Assembly: GCF_058153355.1 (NCBI RefSeq)
Contig: NZ_CM177019.1
DNA length: 64,000 nt
Strand: one strand, 5' to 3'
Part shown: piece by piece, positions 1-11,759 of the stretch
Numbering within the stretch: the stretch's first letter is position 1
How the letters are laid out: each line of letters opens with the position of its first letter
Notes under the pieces: generated by a model
The model's input: the letters and a program-made list of their open reading frames with translations, nothing else
Told to the model about the DNA's origin: nothing
Databases searched by the model: none
Program-made: the position numbers and the translations under genes

Positions 1-183
1 GAAACCTGGCGGGTTGCACCGTTATCGTTACTGGTGCCCGTAGTAGGACTGGCAAGTGCGGCACTATTGCTGGATGAACGCTTAACGGGTCTGCAATTCT
101 TTGGTGCGGTGCTCATTATGACCGGGCTATATATCAATGTGTTTGGTATGCGGTGGCGTAAAGCCGTGAAAGTGAGAGGCTAA
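1..183 (+). CDS. eamA: 3' end of an EamA-type (DMT family) exporter gene, partial at window edge
   Basis: In-frame hydrophobic C-terminal tail (..LLVPVVGLASAALLLDERLTGLQFFGAVLIMTGLYINVFGMRWRKAVKVRG*) ending at TAA 181-183; position next to marB matches known mar locus order. Confidence 0.55.
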   Translation, partial: ETWRVAPLSLLVPVVGLASAALLLDERLTGLQFFGAVLIMTGLYINVFGMRWRKAVKVRG

Positions 184-186
184 AAA

Positions 187-204
187 GCCCCGAGATGTCG
201 GGGC
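187..204. terminator. Hairpin between convergent eamA and marB; likely bidirectional intrinsic terminator
   Basis: Perfect 7-bp stem gccccga / tcggggc with 4-nt loop; A-run 5' on plus strand gives a T-run after the hairpin on the minus strand (end of marRAB). Confidence 0.5.
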
Positions 205-213
205 CAGAATAAA

Positions 214-432
214 CTATATAGCGTGTTGATTATAATAGGGCACGCCAAGCGCATCCGATTTATCACTGCCTGTGCTCATGTGGTTAAAATCAAATGGTGA
301 TTGTTCCGGTGATGGGGGAACAACCACCACATTGCCACAGGAAGTAACAACCGGCTGCGTGGTTTGTTCCGCAAAGCTCTGCGCAGAGAAGAGAATAAGC
401 GCGGTTACCATTGCGGATAAAAGTGGTTTCAT
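214..432 (-). CDS. marB: MarB, small periplasmic protein of the marRAB operon
   Basis: 72-aa ORF with N-terminal signal peptide (MKPLLSAMVTALILFSAQSFA) directly downstream of marA on the same strand. Confidence 0.85.
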   Translation of the reverse strand: MKPLLSAMVTALILFSAQSFAEQTTQPVVTSCGNVVVVPPSPEQSPFDFNHMSTGSDKSDALGVPYYNQHAI

Positions 433-463
433 GATTGCCTCAGTGACGTTGTCACGTTATCAA

Positions 464-853
464 CTAGCTGTTGTAATGATTTAATGGATGTAAAAAGCGC
501 GATTCGCCCTGCATATTGGTCATCCGGTATTTATGTGGCGGAACATCAAAGTAATTTTTGAAGGTTCGGGTCAGAGTTTGTTGCGACTCGAAGCCATATC
601 GTTCTGCCAGATAGAGTATCGGCTCGTTACTTTCCTTCAGCTTTTGCGCGATTTCCGTCATCTTACGGCTGCGGATGTATTGGCCTAATGAATGACCGGT
701 TTCTTTTTTAAACATCCGTTGCAGGTGCCATTTGGAGTAACCCGAACGCTCTGACACTTTCTCCAGTGACAGTGGCGATTCCAGGTTGTCCTCGATCCAG
801 TCCAAAATGCTATGAATGGTAATAGCGTCAGTATTGCGTCTGGACATCGTCAT
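464..853 (-). CDS. marA: MarA, AraC/XylS-family multiple-antibiotic-resistance activator
   Basis: 129-aa ORF with two helix-turn-helix modules and recognised MarA sequence (..[99 protein letters not shown]..). Annotated start may be 6 nt downstream (MSRRN, end 847). Confidence 0.95.
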
Positions 854-867
854 ACCTCTTTTTTTGT

Positions 868-1302
868 TTACGGCAGGACTTTCTTAAGCAAATGCTCAAG
901 TGTTGCCACTTCGTCCGCCGTCAGGTTTTTTGTTAATTCTTGATGCAGGTCCTGGCCAACTAATTGATGGCATTGTTCACATATTGCCGCGCCGCTGGTG
1001 GTAAGTTTTACCAGTACGCCGCGCTTATCATTCGGGTTCGGCAACCTTTCCACCCAGCCTTTACAAACCAGGCGATCCAGCATACGGGTCAGCGCTCCCA
1101 GGTCGACCGACAACACTTTTTTCAGTTCAACCGGAGTAATACACGACGCGCAGCGGATAGAGCAGAGCACCTTAAACTGTGCCGCGGTAATATCCAGCGG
1201 AGACAGATACTCGTTAAGCAGGCGATCTTTCTTCTGATTAACCATATGGATTAAGCGACCCAATGGAATAATTTCATTGAACAGATCGCTGGTACTTTTC
1301 AC
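868..1302 (-). CDS. marR: MarR, winged-helix repressor of the mar operon
   Basis: 144-aa ORF recognised as MarR ([51 protein letters not shown]..); first gene of marRAB on the minus strand. Confidence 0.95.
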
Positions 1303-1400
1303 ATTAGTTGCCCTGGCAAGTAATTAGTTGCAGGGGATAATATTGCCCAGGCAAGTATAAGTCAAATGAATGAATTGACCGATGCCACGTTTTGCTAAAT
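1303..1400 (-). promoter_or_regulatory. marO: marRAB promoter with two MarR operator palindromes and the upstream marbox
   Basis: On the minus strand: -35 TTGACT (plus 1350-1355), 17-bp spacer, -10 TATTAT (plus 1327-1332); TTGCC..GGCAA palindromes at about 1305-1325 and 1331-1349; marbox GATTTAGCAAAACGTGGCATC as reverse complement of 1381-1400. Confidence 0.7.
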
Positions 1401-1513
1401 CGGTTCAAGTTTTGGTCAATGCGATTCAAGGCTAGCTAAAGAGTGACACTTTATCGTTGTTTACCCCTTATACTTTTCGCTGATAACCCAGATACACAGG
1501 ATAACAACCACTA

Positions 1514-2179
1514 ATGTTAGATTTGTTTAAAGCAATAGGCCTGGGGCTGGTGGTGTTACTGCCGTTAGCTAACCCATTAACAACTGTCGCGTTATTTCTT
1601 GGTCTGGCAGGCAACATGAACAGTGCCGAACGTAATCGTCAGTCGTTGATGGCCTCGGTGTACGTCTTTGCCATCATGATGGTGGCGTATTACGCCGGGC
1701 AACTGGTGATGGATACATTTGGCATTTCGATTCCCGGTCTGCGAATTGCAGGCGGCTTAATCGTCGCGTTTATCGGTTTTCGGATGCTCTTTCCGCAACA
1801 GAAAGCGATTGATTCACCGGAAGCGAAAAGCAAGTCGGAAGAGCTGGAAGATGAACCCAGCGCCAATATTGCCTTTGTACCTCTGGCAATGCCTAGTACC
1901 GCCGGTCCGGGAACCATTGCGATGATTATTAGCTCGGCGTCCACTGTGCGTCAGAGTTCAACCTTCGCTGATTGGGTACTGATGGCTGCGCCGCCGCTGA
2001 TCTTTTTCCTGGTGGCGGTTATTTTGTGGGGAAGTCTACGCAGCTCTGGCGCAATTATGCGGCTGGTGGGCAAGGGGGGAATTGAAGCGATCTCCCGTCT
2101 GATGGGATTCCTGCTGGTATGTATGGGTGTGCAGTTTATTATTAACGGCATCCTGGAAATCATTAAAACGTATCATTAA
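1514..2179 (+). CDS. marC: MarC, inner-membrane protein of the UPF0056 family, divergent from marRAB
   Basis: 221-aa multi-TM ORF divergently arranged from marR across marO; sequence recognised as MarC. Confidence 0.9.
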   Translation: MLDLFKAIGLGLVVLLPLANPLTTVALFLGLAGNMNSAERNRQSLMASVYVFAIMMVAYYAGQLVMDTFGISIPGLRIAGGLIVAFIGFRMLFPQQKAIDSPEAKSKSEELEDEPSANIAFVPLAMPSTAGPGTIAMIISSASTVRQSSTFADWVLMAAPPLIFFLVAVILWGSLRSSGAIMRLVGKGGIEAISRLMGFLLVCMGVQFIINGILEIIKTYH

Positions 2180-2203
2180 AAAAGGCCCGAATGGGCCTTT
2201 CAA
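2180..2203. terminator. Bidirectional intrinsic terminator between convergent marC and sotB
   Basis: aaaaaggcccgaatgggccttt: GGCCC/GGGCC stem flanked by an A-run and a T-run. Confidence 0.55.
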
Positions 2204-3394
2204 CTATTGCGTCTGTTCTTCGAGTGTCACTGGCCAGCGACGAAAAATGATGATTGACCATATTAACGCGGCAAAAGCAGGCACCGCGCCCACATAACCA
2301 ATCATCGACATTGACCAGTGCAGACTGACCTGATTACCTACCAACGCGCCAGCGCCGATTCCAATATTAAATATTCCCGAGAATAGCGCCATCGCGACGT
2401 CGGTGGCATCTGGTGCCAGCGCCAGCACTTTAACCTGCATACCAAGCCCGATGATCATCATCGCGATCCCCCAGAAAATACTCAGCACCCCGAGGTGTAT
2501 TTCACTGTTCGCCGCAGGTAGCAGTAATGCAAGGCAGACCAGCAACAGCGCAATCGCCGTACTCACCAACGTAGACGCATACTGATTGCCCAGTTTACCG
2601 AAAATCACGCTGCCAATAATGCCCGCACCACCGAGTAATAACAGTAATGCCGTGGCAAAGTTAGCGCTGAATCCCGCAATGTTTTGCACAAAAGGCTCGA
2701 TATAGCTGTATGCCGTGTAATGGGCGGTGACAACCACCACAGTTAACAAATAAATGCTCATTAATGCCGGGCGGCGGAACAATAGCGGAAGGCTTTTCAA
2801 CGACCCTGAATGCTCGCTGGGGAGTAAGGGAAGTAACTTAATCAGGCACAGAAGGGTGATAAATGCCCCGATACCGATCGCGAAGAAGGTCATACGCCAA
2901 CCGAAATACTGCCCCACAATGCGCCCGAGAGGTAAACCTAATACCATCGCCAGAGCTGTACCGGTGGCAATTAAACTCAATGCCTGTGCTCGCTTTCCGG
3001 CCGGAGCCATACGGATCGCCAGAGACGCCGTAATCGACCAGAAAATCGCATGTGCAAAAGCTACACCAATGCGACTGATCACCAGAACGGTAAAGCTCCA
3101 CGACAAAAAAGACAGTACATGGCTGGCAATAAACACCACAAACAGGCAGATCAGTAATTTGCGGCGTTCAACCTGGCTTGTCATTAGCATAAAAGGCAAT
3201 GACATTAGCGCCACTACCCATGCATAAATGGTTAACATGATACCGACTTGAGCGGTTTGCATATGGAAACTTTGTGCGATGTCAGAAAGCAGGCCAACAG
3301 GGACAAATTCGGTAGTATTGAAGATGAAAGCGGCGACTGCCAGCGTAACTACCCGTAGCCACGCCACTTTGCGGGAAACAGTGTTTGTTGTCAT
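2204..3394 (-). CDS. sotB: MFS sugar efflux transporter SotB (YdeA)
   Basis: 396-aa ORF with about 12 predicted TM segments; recognised as SotB/YdeA; adjacent to marC as in the known map. Confidence 0.85.
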   Translation of the reverse strand: MTTNTVSRKVAWLRVVTLAVAAFIFNTTEFVPVGLLSDIAQSFHMQTAQVGIMLTIYAWVVALMSLPFMLMTSQVERRKLLICLFVVFIASHVLSFLSWSFTVLVISRIGVAFAHAIFWSITASLAIRMAPAGKRAQALSLIATGTALAMVLGLPLGRIVGQYFGWRMTFFAIGIGAFITLLCLIKLLPLLPSEHSGSLKSLPLLFRRPALMSIYLLTVVVVTAHYTAYSYIEPFVQNIAGFSANFATALLLLLGGAGIIGSVIFGKLGNQYASTLVSTAIALLLVCLALLLPAANSEIHLGVLSIFWGIAMMIIGLGMQVKVLALAPDATDVAMALFSGIFNIGIGAGALVGNQVSLHWSMSMIGYVGAVPAFAALIWSIIIFRRWPVTLEEQTQ

Positions 3395-3541
3395 AACAGA
3401 TTATCGGGTGAGTTGCGAAAAGTAATGAAATGATCTTAAAACGGTTAATGATGTGAATACAATGCATTTGTGATCTAGATCGCATTTCCATCTCTCTGAC
3501 GGTTGTTCTGTCACGCGTCAGAGAGTTGTTAACATCACATT

Positions 3542-4657
3542 TTAATGACGATCAGGAAGGTCTGGCGTTTTGGTGGCTGATGGTAAAGGTGGCCTCACAG
3601 GGGAACGAGGCCTGTTGTCCAGTAGTTCTTCGTTACTAATTTTGGGCGGAATTTCATTTTTTACAAAAAGTTTTAAAATCTTGCGTGCCATACGATGGAT
3701 ACTTTTATCTTCACTTAATAATGCCGGTATCAACACATCATTCAGGTCATTTTCATTAGGTTTCATAAAAATTTGAAAGTGCAATAACATATTTGTAAAA
3801 AATAAGAATAGACTCTGAAAGTGAGGTATTTCTTTGTTTGATAAAAGCGATAAAAAGCAGATACAAACTTCAGGTAGTACTTGTTTGTTAGAACCTAATG
3901 AATCCATGAGCTTTTGTAATAACTCCTCTTTTAATGGGCTATCCTTTATGTCGTAGATGGCGGTGATTAAGTTTGGGTTTTTATTCGCGAACCACCTGTG
4001 GACCTGCGGCTTATTCCATAGTCGGGGGAGTATGACAAAATTACCACGAGAGATAAAGTTCAGTACGAATAAATCAAACTGACGTAAGTAATCTGCAGCG
4101 GTATGATGCTCAGGAGGAAGAGGTTCAATATGTGGAGTATGAGACCTTTTGATGGGGACGCCGGGGCTGATCATTGGAAATTGTTCAATAAAGTCATTAA
4201 GAAACAGAAAGAGCACACGCTCGACGCCGGTCTGAAAGGCCCGACCCATAGTGACAGGCTTTGGGTCGGGAGCACAATAAATATTAATTTCCCCATCGTG
4301 GCGAAAATTATCTAAATAAATAGGGCTTAAATTTATTACTACCTGAAATTCAATGTTTTCTTTATGTCTTCCATTCTTAACAGGATAAGTGAGTTTAAAT
4401 TGAACCTTTTCATTGTATAGCGTGTCGTTATCTCGGAAAGTTGTCCTCTGTATATAAGATAGGTTATCAAGATTATTGAATATCTTTTTGGTGTTTGAAT
4501 TGATGTTTAAAGACGTACGCCACTCCTCATCACATATTATAATGCTGAGCGCATCAATAAAATCCTTCAAAACTTCTTTTACCTGAGGTGCAATATTGCG
4601 AACGGGAAAATCATCAGGAAGTGAGATGAAATTGCTGATGCTTACTGGCGTAACCAT
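3542..4657 (-). CDS. yneK: Uncharacterised protein YneK
   Basis: 371-aa ORF with low GC and no recognisable domain; position between sotB and yneJ and length match YneK. Confidence 0.6.
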   Translation of the reverse strand: MVTPVSISNFISLPDDFPVRNIAPQVKEVLKDFIDALSIIICDEEWRTSLNINSNTKKIFNNLDNLSYIQRTTFRDNDTLYNEKVQFKLTYPVKNGRHKENIEFQVVINLSPIYLDNFRHDGEINIYCAPDPKPVTMGRAFQTGVERVLFLFLNDFIEQFPMISPGVPIKRSHTPHIEPLPPEHHTAADYLRQFDLFVLNFISRGNFVILPRLWNKPQVHRWFANKNPNLITAIYDIKDSPLKEELLQKLMDSLGSNKQVLPEVCICFLSLLSNKEIPHFQSLFLFFTNMLLHFQIFMKPNENDLNDVLIPALLSEDKSIHRMARKILKLFVKNEIPPKISNEELLDNRPRSPVRPPLPSATKTPDLPDRH

Positions 4658-4734
4658 ATTTGCCCCATATAGTCATAAGTCATCGGAACATCACTATATA
4701 GAGCATATGAGCTGCAAGAACTATCAAAAATAGC

Positions 4735-5616
4735 TCATTGGGAAGACTGTTTTGCTGAGTCAGGCACATCGAGCAGTTGAATAAACGCTTCAAGAGGACG
4801 CGTTTTCGCACCGCGACGCCAGACCAGCCAGGTTGTTAACCAACGCCATTGCTCAGCCAACGGCCACGCTTCAACCTGGTGATGCCCCGGCATACTTTCC
4901 AGCATTGAGCGTGGGATAAGTGCAATGCCCGCACCCGCAACCACACAGGCTAACATACCGTGATACGACTCCATTTCATGGATGGTCCCCGGCGCTGCAC
5001 CGTCGGCATGAAACCAGCTTTCAAAGTGGCGACGATATGAACAATTGGCACGGAATGCATAAATGTTACAGCCATTAACCTGACTGGCGCGGGTTACTGG
5101 TGCATGTCCTTGTGGCGTGACAATCATCAACTCCTCGCGGTAGACCGGTATTCCATCAATAGCAGTATGGTTAATGGGCCCATCAATAAATGCCGCATTC
5201 AGTTTTCCCTCCAACACACCTTCCAGCATGGTGCCGGAAGGACCGGTGGAAAGCGAAAACTGAATTTTGGGATAACGACGGTTAAACTCCGCCAGCGTGG
5301 GCGGAATGCGCACTGCTGCGGTGCTTTCCAGCGAACCAAGAGAAAATAAACCTTGCGGCTCATCGCCAGCGACAACGCTCCGCGCTTCATCCACTAACGC
5401 GAGAATTTGTTGGCTATAGCGTAAAAAGTTATGCCCGGCAGGCGAGAGACGTAAACGCTGATTCTCGCGAATAAACAGATCAACCCCCAGTTCTGTTTCC
5501 AGCTGGCGTAGACGGGTAGTGAGATTCGACGGGACGCGATGCACTTTTGCTGCAGCCTGGGTAATGCTGCCAGCTTCGGCAACCGCGTTGAACATCTCCA
5601 GTTGGGTCAGATCCAT
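4735..5616 (-). CDS. yneJ: LysR-family transcriptional regulator YneJ
   Basis: 293-aa ORF with N-terminal LysR HTH ([23 protein letters not shown]) and C-terminal substrate-binding domain; divergent from sad. Confidence 0.8.
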   Translation of the reverse strand: MDLTQLEMFNAVAEAGSITQAAAKVHRVPSNLTTRLRQLETELGVDLFIRENQRLRLSPAGHNFLRYSQQILALVDEARSVVAGDEPQGLFSLGSLESTAAVRIPPTLAEFNRRYPKIQFSLSTGPSGTMLEGVLEGKLNAAFIDGPINHTAIDGIPVYREELMIVTPQGHAPVTRASQVNGCNIYAFRANCSYRRHFESWFHADGAAPGTIHEMESYHGMLACVVAGAGIALIPRSMLESMPGHHQVEAWPLAEQWRWLTTWLVWRRGAKTRPLEAFIQLLDVPDSAKQSSQ

Positions 5617-5716
5617 GGCATTCTCAATTCGTGAATAAGTGGCTTAATATTATTCATTTTCAAGCAAGAGTAAATCTGCGTATCTTTTTACCATAACCCA
5701 TAAAGGAGATACCCCG

Positions 5717-7105
5717 ATGACCATTACTCCGGCAACCCATGCAATTTCGATAAATCCTGCCACTGGTGAACAACTTTCTGTGCTGCCGTGGGCTGGCGCT
5801 GACGATATAGAAAACGCACTTCAGCTGGCGGCAGCAGGCTTTCGCGACTGGCGCGAGACAAATATAGATTATCGTGCTGAAAAACTGCGTGATATCGGTA
5901 AGGCTCTGCGCGCCCGTAGCGAAGAAATGGCGCAAATGATCACCCGTGAAATGGGCAAACCGATCAACCAGGCGCGTGTTGAAGTGGCGAAATCGGCGAA
6001 TTTGTGTGACTGGTATGCAGAACATGGTCCGGCGATGCTGAAGGCGGAACCTACGCTGGTGGAAAATCAGCAGGCGGTTATTGAGTATCGACCGTTGGGG
6101 ACGATTCTGGCGATTATGCCGTGGAATTTTCCGTTATGGCAGGTGATGCGTGGCGCTGTTCCCATCATACTTGCAGGTAACGGCTACTTACTTAAACATG
6201 CGCCGAATGTGATGGGCTGTGCACAGCTCATTGCCCAGGTGTTTAAAGATGCGGGGATCCCGCAAGGCGTATATGGCTGGCTGAATGCTGACAACGACGG
6301 TGTCAGTCAGATGATTAAAGACTCGCGCATTGCTGCTGTCACAGTGACCGGAAGTGTTCGTGCGGGAGCAGTTATTGGCGCACAGGCTGGAGCGGCACTG
6401 AAAAAATGTGTACTGGAACTGGGCGGTTCGGATCCGTTTATTGTGCTTAACGATGCCGATCTGGAACTTGCGGTGAAAGCGGCGGTAGTCGGACGTTATC
6501 AGAATACTGGACAGGTTTGTGCGGCGGCAAAACGCTTTATCATCGAAGAGGGAATTGCTTCGGCATTTACTGAACGTTTTGTAGCAGCTGCGGCAGCCTT
6601 GAAAATGGGCGATCCACGTGATGAAGAGAACGATCTCGGACCCATGGCTCGCTTTGATTTGCGTGATGAGCTACATCATCAGGTAGAAAAAACTCTGGCT
6701 CAAGGTGCACGTTTGTTACTGGGCGGGGAAAAGCTGGCTGGGGCAGGTAACTACTATCCGCCAACGGTTCTGTCGAATGTCACACCAGAAATGACCGCTT
6801 TTCGGGAAGAGATGTTTGGCCCCGTTGCGGCAATCACTATTGCAAAGGATGCAGAACATGCGTTGGAACTGGCTAATGATAGCGAGTTCGGCCTTTCAGC
6901 GACCATTTTCACCACCGACGAAACACGGGCCAGACAGATGGCGGCACGTCTGGAATGCGGTGGCGTGTTTATCAATGGTTACTGTGCCAGTGATGCGCGA
7001 GTCGCCTTTGGTGGCGTGAAGAAGAGTGGCTTTGGTCGTGAACTTTCCCATTTCGGTTTACATGAGTTCTGTAATATCCAGACGGTGTGGAAAGACCGGA
7101 TCTGA
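5717..7105 (+). CDS. sad: NAD-dependent succinate-semialdehyde dehydrogenase Sad (YneI)
   Basis: 462-aa aldehyde dehydrogenase with glutamate motif VLELGGSDP and catalytic cysteine motif [11 protein letters not shown]-like AAGGAG upstream. Confidence 0.85.
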   Translation: MTITPATHAISINPATGEQLSVLPWAGADDIENALQLAAAGFRDWRETNIDYRAEKLRDIGKALRARSEEMAQMITREMGKPINQARVEVAKSANLCDWYAEHGPAMLKAEPTLVENQQAVIEYRPLGTILAIMPWNFPLWQVMRGAVPIILAGNGYLLKHAPNVMGCAQLIAQVFKDAGIPQGVYGWLNADNDGVSQMIKDSRIAAVTVTGSVRAGAVIGAQAGAALKKCVLELGGSDPFIVLNDADLELAVKAAVVGRYQNTGQVCAAAKRFIIEEGIASAFTERFVAAAAALKMGDPRDEENDLGPMARFDLRDELHHQVEKTLAQGARLLLGGEKLAGAGNYYPPTVLSNVTPEMTAFREEMFGPVAAITIAKDAEHALELANDSEFGLSATIFTTDETRARQMAARLECGGVFINGYCASDARVAFGGVKKSGFGRELSHFGLHEFCNIQTVWKDRI

Positions 7106-7168
7106 CGCTACATATTCAGCTCTGATATACTCGCAGGTCTTTTCAGACCTGCGGTCCAGGAGTAGAAA

Positions 7169-8095
7169 GTGGCAGTCGCCATGGATAATGCAATTTTAGA
7201 AAACATCTTGCGGCAAGTGCGGCCGCTCATTGGTCAGGGTAAAGTCGCGGATTATATTCCGGCGCTGGCTACGGTAGACGGTTCCCGGCTGGGCATTGCT
7301 ATCTGTACCGTTGACGGACAGCTTTTTCAGGCCGGAGACGCACAAGAACGTTTTTCCATTCAGTCTATTTCCAAAGTGCTGAGTCTCGTTGTCGCCATGC
7401 GTCATTACTCCGAAGAGGAAATCTGGCAACGCGTCGGCAAAGATCCGTCTGGATCACCGTTCAATTCTTTAGTGCAATTGGAAATGGAGCAGGGTATTCC
7501 GCGTAATCCGTTTATTAATGCCGGTGCGCTGGTGGTCTGCGATATGTTGCAAGGGCGATTAAGCGCTCCTCGGCAACGTATGCTGGAAGTCGTGCGCGGC
7601 TTAAGCGGTGTGTCTGATATTTCCTACGATACGGTGGTAGCGCGTTCCGAATTTGAACACTCCGCGCGAAATGCGGCTATCGCCTGGCTGATGAAGTCGT
7701 TTGGCAATTTCCATCATGATGTGACAACTGTTCTGCAAAACTACTTTCATTACTGCGCTCTGAAAATGAGCTGTGTAGAGCTGGCCCGGACGTTTGTCTT
7801 TCTGGCTAATCAGGGGAAAGCTATTCATATTGATGAACCTGTGGTGACGCCAATGCAGGCGCGGCAAATTAACGCACTAATGGCGACCAGTGGTATGTAC
7901 CAGAACGCGGGGGAGTTTGCCTGGCGGGTGGGACTACCGGCAAAATCTGGCGTCGGCGGCGGTATTGTGGCGATTGTTCCGCATGAAATGGCCATCGCTG
8001 TCTGGAGTCCGGAACTGGATGATGCCGGTAACTCGCTTGCGGGCATTGCTGTCCTTGAACAATTGACGAAACAATTAGGGCGTTCGGTTTATTAA
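7169..8095 (+). CDS. glsB: Glutaminase 2 (GlsB/YneH)
   Basis: 308-aa ORF recognised as serine-dependent glutaminase (..[16 protein letters not shown]..); immediately follows sad. Confidence 0.85.
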   Translation: MAVAMDNAILENILRQVRPLIGQGKVADYIPALATVDGSRLGIAICTVDGQLFQAGDAQERFSIQSISKVLSLVVAMRHYSEEEIWQRVGKDPSGSPFNSLVQLEMEQGIPRNPFINAGALVVCDMLQGRLSAPRQRMLEVVRGLSGVSDISYDTVVARSEFEHSARNAAIAWLMKSFGNFHHDVTTVLQNYFHYCALKMSCVELARTFVFLANQGKAIHIDEPVVTPMQARQINALMATSGMYQNAGEFAWRVGLPAKSGVGGGIVAIVPHEMAIAVWSPELDDAGNSLAGIAVLEQLTKQLGRSVY

Positions 8096-8457
8096 TGCAG
8101 TCTCTCGATCCACTCTTCGCGCGTTTATCCCGTTCAAAATTTCGCTCTCGCTTTCGTTTGGGTGTGAAAGAGCGTCAGTATTGTCTGGAGAAAGGCGCGC
8201 CAGTCATCGAACAACATGCGGCGGATTTTGTCTCTAAACGTCTTGCTCCGGCATTACCGGCTAACGACGGTAAGCAAACCCCCATGCGCGGGCATCCGGT
8301 GTTTATCGCTCAGCACGCCACTGCAACCTGTTGTCGCGGTTGTCTGGCTAAGTGGCATAACATTCCGCAGGGTGTTTCGTTAAGCGAGGAACAACAACGT
8401 TATATCGTGTCGGTAATCTATCACTGGTTGGTTATACAGATGAATCAGCCAAGATAA
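8095..8457 (+). CDS. yneG: Small uncharacterised protein YneG
   Basis: 120-aa ORF whose ATG overlaps the glsB stop (TAATG), indicating translational coupling. Confidence 0.6.
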   Translation: MQSLDPLFARLSRSKFRSRFRLGVKERQYCLEKGAPVIEQHAADFVSKRLAPALPANDGKQTPMRGHPVFIAQHATATCCRGCLAKWHNIPQGVSLSEEQQRYIVSVIYHWLVIQMNQPR

Positions 8458-8592
8458 TTGCGGAAAACGATAAAATAGCATTCCCAGGATATCTTTATTT
8501 GCCGCCGCTGTCAGCGAACATGCTATCCTTTATGAGAATTTACTTATTACGTTGAGATAATTGCCACCCGCAATTGTATGGACAGATAATTA

Positions 8593-10011
8593 ATGCATGT
8601 ACAGCCCATTTCAACTTTCCGTTTGTTCCAGGAAGGTCATCTGCTACGTAATAGCATCGCTATTTTTGTGCTAACCACGCTGTTCTATTTTATTGGTGCA
8701 GAGTTACGGCTGGTTCACGAACTTTCTCTTTTCTGGCCGCTGAATGGCGTAATGGCAGGGGTGTTTGCCCGCTATGTCTGGCTTAATCGACTGCATTACT
8801 ATGCGATCAGTTATGTGGCAATGCTGGTTTATGATGCCATAACCACCGAATGGGGGCTGGTTTCACTGGCTATCAATTTCTCCAATATGATGTTTATTGT
8901 TACCGTCGCCTTACTGGTCGCGCGGGATAAGCGTCTGGGGAAAAATAAGTACGAGCCAGTAAGTGCCTTACGGCTATTTAATTACTGTCTGATTGCCGCA
9001 TTATTATGCGCTATTGTCGGGGCGATTGGTTCGGTCAGTATTGATAGTCTGGATTTCTGGCCTTTGCTTGCCGACTGGTTCAGTGAGCAATTCTCAACGG
9101 GCGTGTTGATCGTGCCTTGTATGCTGACGTTGGCAATTCCTGGAGTGCTGCCGCGCTTTAAAGCAGAACAGATGATGCCCGCTATCGCGCTTATTGTGTC
9201 GGTTGTTGCCTCGGTAGTCATTGGCGGAGCGGGGAGTCTGGCGTTCCCGCTGCCTGCATTAATCTGGTGTGCAGTGCGCTATACGCCGCAGGTAACATGT
9301 CTGTTGACCTTTGTCACCGGTGCGGTGGAAATCGTACTGGTGGCAAATTCGGTGATTGATATCTCGGTCGGTTCGCCGTTCTCCATTCCGCAAATGTTCT
9401 CCGCACGTCTCGGTATTGCCACGATGGCGATATGCCCAATTATGGTTTCTTTTAGCGTGGCAGCGATCAATTCGCTAATGAAGCAAGTTGCGCTGCGAGC
9501 CGACTTTGATTTTCTGACTCAGGTTTACTCACGGTCTGGTCTTTATGAGGCGCTGAAAAGTCCATCGCTGAAACAGACACAACATCTGACTGTCATGCTG
9601 CTTGATATCGACTATTTCAAAAGCATTAACGATAACTATGGACATGAATGTGGCGATAAAGTGTTAAGCGTGTTTGCCCAGCATATTCAGAAGATTGTCG
9701 GTGATAAGGGGCTGGTGGCGCGAATGGGCGGCGAAGAATTTGCTGTTGCAGTGTCATCGGTGAATCCTGTCGATGGTCTGCTAATGGCGGAAAAAATCCG
9801 TAAAGGCGTTGAACTGCAACCGTTCACCTGGCAACAAAAAACGCTTTATCTCACGGTAAGTATTGGCGTCGGTAGTGGTTGCGCATCGTACCGAACGCTG
9901 ACCGATGACTTTAATAAATTGATGGTCGAAGCCGATACATGTCTGTATCGCTCGAAGAAAGATGGGCGCAACCGTACCAGCACTATGCGTTACGGTGAGG
10001 AAGTTGTCTGA
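8593..10011 (+). CDS. dgcF: Membrane-anchored GGDEF diguanylate cyclase (DgcF/YneF)
   Basis: 472-aa ORF with hydrophobic N-terminal half (multiple TM segments) and C-terminal GGDEF domain with active-site motif RMGGEEFAV. Confidence 0.7.
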   Translation: MHVQPISTFRLFQEGHLLRNSIAIFVLTTLFYFIGAELRLVHELSLFWPLNGVMAGVFARYVWLNRLHYYAISYVAMLVYDAITTEWGLVSLAINFSNMMFIVTVALLVARDKRLGKNKYEPVSALRLFNYCLIAALLCAIVGAIGSVSIDSLDFWPLLADWFSEQFSTGVLIVPCMLTLAIPGVLPRFKAEQMMPAIALIVSVVASVVIGGAGSLAFPLPALIWCAVRYTPQVTCLLTFVTGAVEIVLVANSVIDISVGSPFSIPQMFSARLGIATMAICPIMVSFSVAAINSLMKQVALRADFDFLTQVYSRSGLYEALKSPSLKQTQHLTVMLLDIDYFKSINDNYGHECGDKVLSVFAQHIQKIVGDKGLVARMGGEEFAVAVSSVNPVDGLLMAEKIRKGVELQPFTWQQKTLYLTVSIGVGSGCASYRTLTDDFNKLMVEADTCLYRSKKDGRNRTSTMRYGEEVV

Positions 10012-10237
10012 CATCTTTATTCATTCAGAGCGTTTTAAATGCAATGTGTTCTACCACTTTATGTTCCAAGAAAAGGCGTATTTCCTCGATTAAACCATGA
10101 TCCGCGCCACACTTTTCTCATAAAACTGCTCATTAATCATCAGGAGTTGATCAAAACAGGGGTTCGGCGTATTAAAGTTTGCTAATCTGTCGTACCAATT
10201 CAAACAGGTTGTATGACTAATCAGAAGGGAACCCATT

Positions 10238-11689
10238 GTGAAAACACTAAATCGTCGCGATTTTCCCGGTGCACAGTATCCAGAACGTATCATTCAGTTT
10301 GGTGAAGGTAACTTCCTGCGCGCCTTTGTTGACTGGCAAATCGATCTCCTGAATGAGCACACCGATCTGAATTCTGGCGTGGTCGTTGTTCGTCCGATTG
10401 AAACTTCATTCCCGCCGTCATTGAGCACGCAGGATGGTCTGTACACCACCATTATCCGTGGTTTGAATGAGAAGGGGGAGGCGGTCAGCGACGCGCGTCT
10501 GATTCGCTCGGTTAATCGTGAAATCAGCGTCTACAGTGAATACGATGAATTCCTGAAACTGGCGCACAACCCGGAAATGCGCTTTGTTTTCTCTAACACC
10601 ACCGAAGCGGGTATCAGCTACCATGCGGGCGATAAATTCGATGACGCGCCAGCGGTAAGTTATCCGGCAAAACTGACCCGTCTGCTGTTCGAACGTTTTA
10701 GCCATTTCAACGGAGCGCAGGATAAAGGTTGGATCATCATCCCATGTGAACTGATCGACTATAACGGCGATGCACTGCGTGAACTGGTGCTGCGCTACGC
10801 GCAAGAGTGGGCACTACCAGAAGCATTTATTCAATGGCTGGATCAGGCTAACAGTTTCTGTTCTACGCTGGTGGACCGTATCGTTACCGGTTATCCGCGT
10901 GATGAAGTGGCTAAACTGGAAGAAGAACTGGGTTATCACGATGGTTTCCTCGACACCGCTGAACACTTTTACCTGTTTGTGATTCAGGGGCCGAAATCCT
11001 TAGCGACTGAGCTGCGTCTGGACAAATATCCGCTCAACGTGCTGATTGTTGACGATATTAAACCGTATAAAGAGCGCAAAGTGGCAATCCTCAACGGTGC
11101 ACACACGGCGCTGGTGCCGGTGGCGTTCCAGGCAGGGCTGGATACTGTAGGTGAAGCGATGAACGATGCTGAAATTTGTGCATTCGTTGAAAAAGCCATC
11201 TACGAAGAGATTATTCCGGTACTGGATTTGCCTCGTGATGAACTGGAATCTTTCGCCAGTGCAGTCACCGGACGTTTCCGTAATCCGTACATCAAGCATC
11301 AGCTGCTGTCTATCGCGCTTAACGGTATGACCAAGTTCCGCACCCGTATCCTGCCGCAGCTGCTGGCAGGGCAGAAGGCAAACGGCACACTTCCGGCGCG
11401 CCTTACTTTCGCATTAGCGGCATTGATTGCGTTTTATCGCGGTGAGCGTAACGGAGAAACATATCCGGTACAGGACGATGCCCACTGGCTGGAACGTTAT
11501 CAGCAACTCTGGAGCCAGCATCGTGACCGTGTTATCGGCACCCAGGAACTGGTTGCTATTGTGTTGGCTGAAAAAGATCACTGGGAGCAGGACCTGACGC
11601 AAGTGCCTGGTCTGGTCGAGCTGGTTGCTAATGACCTGGATGCGATTCTCGAAAAAGGAATGCGCGAAGCTGTACGTCCGTTGTGCTAA
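10238..11689 (+). CDS. uxaB: Altronate oxidoreductase (tagaturonate reductase) UxaB
   Basis: 483-aa ORF with GTG start, recognised as UxaB of the mannitol dehydrogenase family ([30 protein letters not shown]..). Confidence 0.85.
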   Translation: MKTLNRRDFPGAQYPERIIQFGEGNFLRAFVDWQIDLLNEHTDLNSGVVVVRPIETSFPPSLSTQDGLYTTIIRGLNEKGEAVSDARLIRSVNREISVYSEYDEFLKLAHNPEMRFVFSNTTEAGISYHAGDKFDDAPAVSYPAKLTRLLFERFSHFNGAQDKGWIIIPCELIDYNGDALRELVLRYAQEWALPEAFIQWLDQANSFCSTLVDRIVTGYPRDEVAKLEEELGYHDGFLDTAEHFYLFVIQGPKSLATELRLDKYPLNVLIVDDIKPYKERKVAILNGAHTALVPVAFQAGLDTVGEAMNDAEICAFVEKAIYEEIIPVLDLPRDELESFASAVTGRFRNPYIKHQLLSIALNGMTKFRTRILPQLLAGQKANGTLPARLTFALAALIAFYRGERNGETYPVQDDAHWLERYQQLWSQHRDRVIGTQELVAIVLAEKDHWEQDLTQVPGLVELVANDLDAILEKGMREAVRPLC

Positions 11690-11696
11690 TACTCTG

Positions 11697-11725
11697 AACC
11701 CGGTTTCGACCGGGTTTCTTATTTC
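11697..11725 (+). terminator. Intrinsic terminator downstream of uxaB
   Basis: Stem aacccgg / ccgggtt with 6-nt loop followed by tcttatttc. Confidence 0.55.
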
Positions 11726-11759
11726 ACTATATTAGTTACAACATCCTATGTGCCTTTAT

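Noticed and set aside
964-1254. Plus-strand ORFs of 96 and 79 aa inside marR
   Set aside because: Antisense to a well-supported gene, no RBS context, low-complexity products; typical shadow ORFs.
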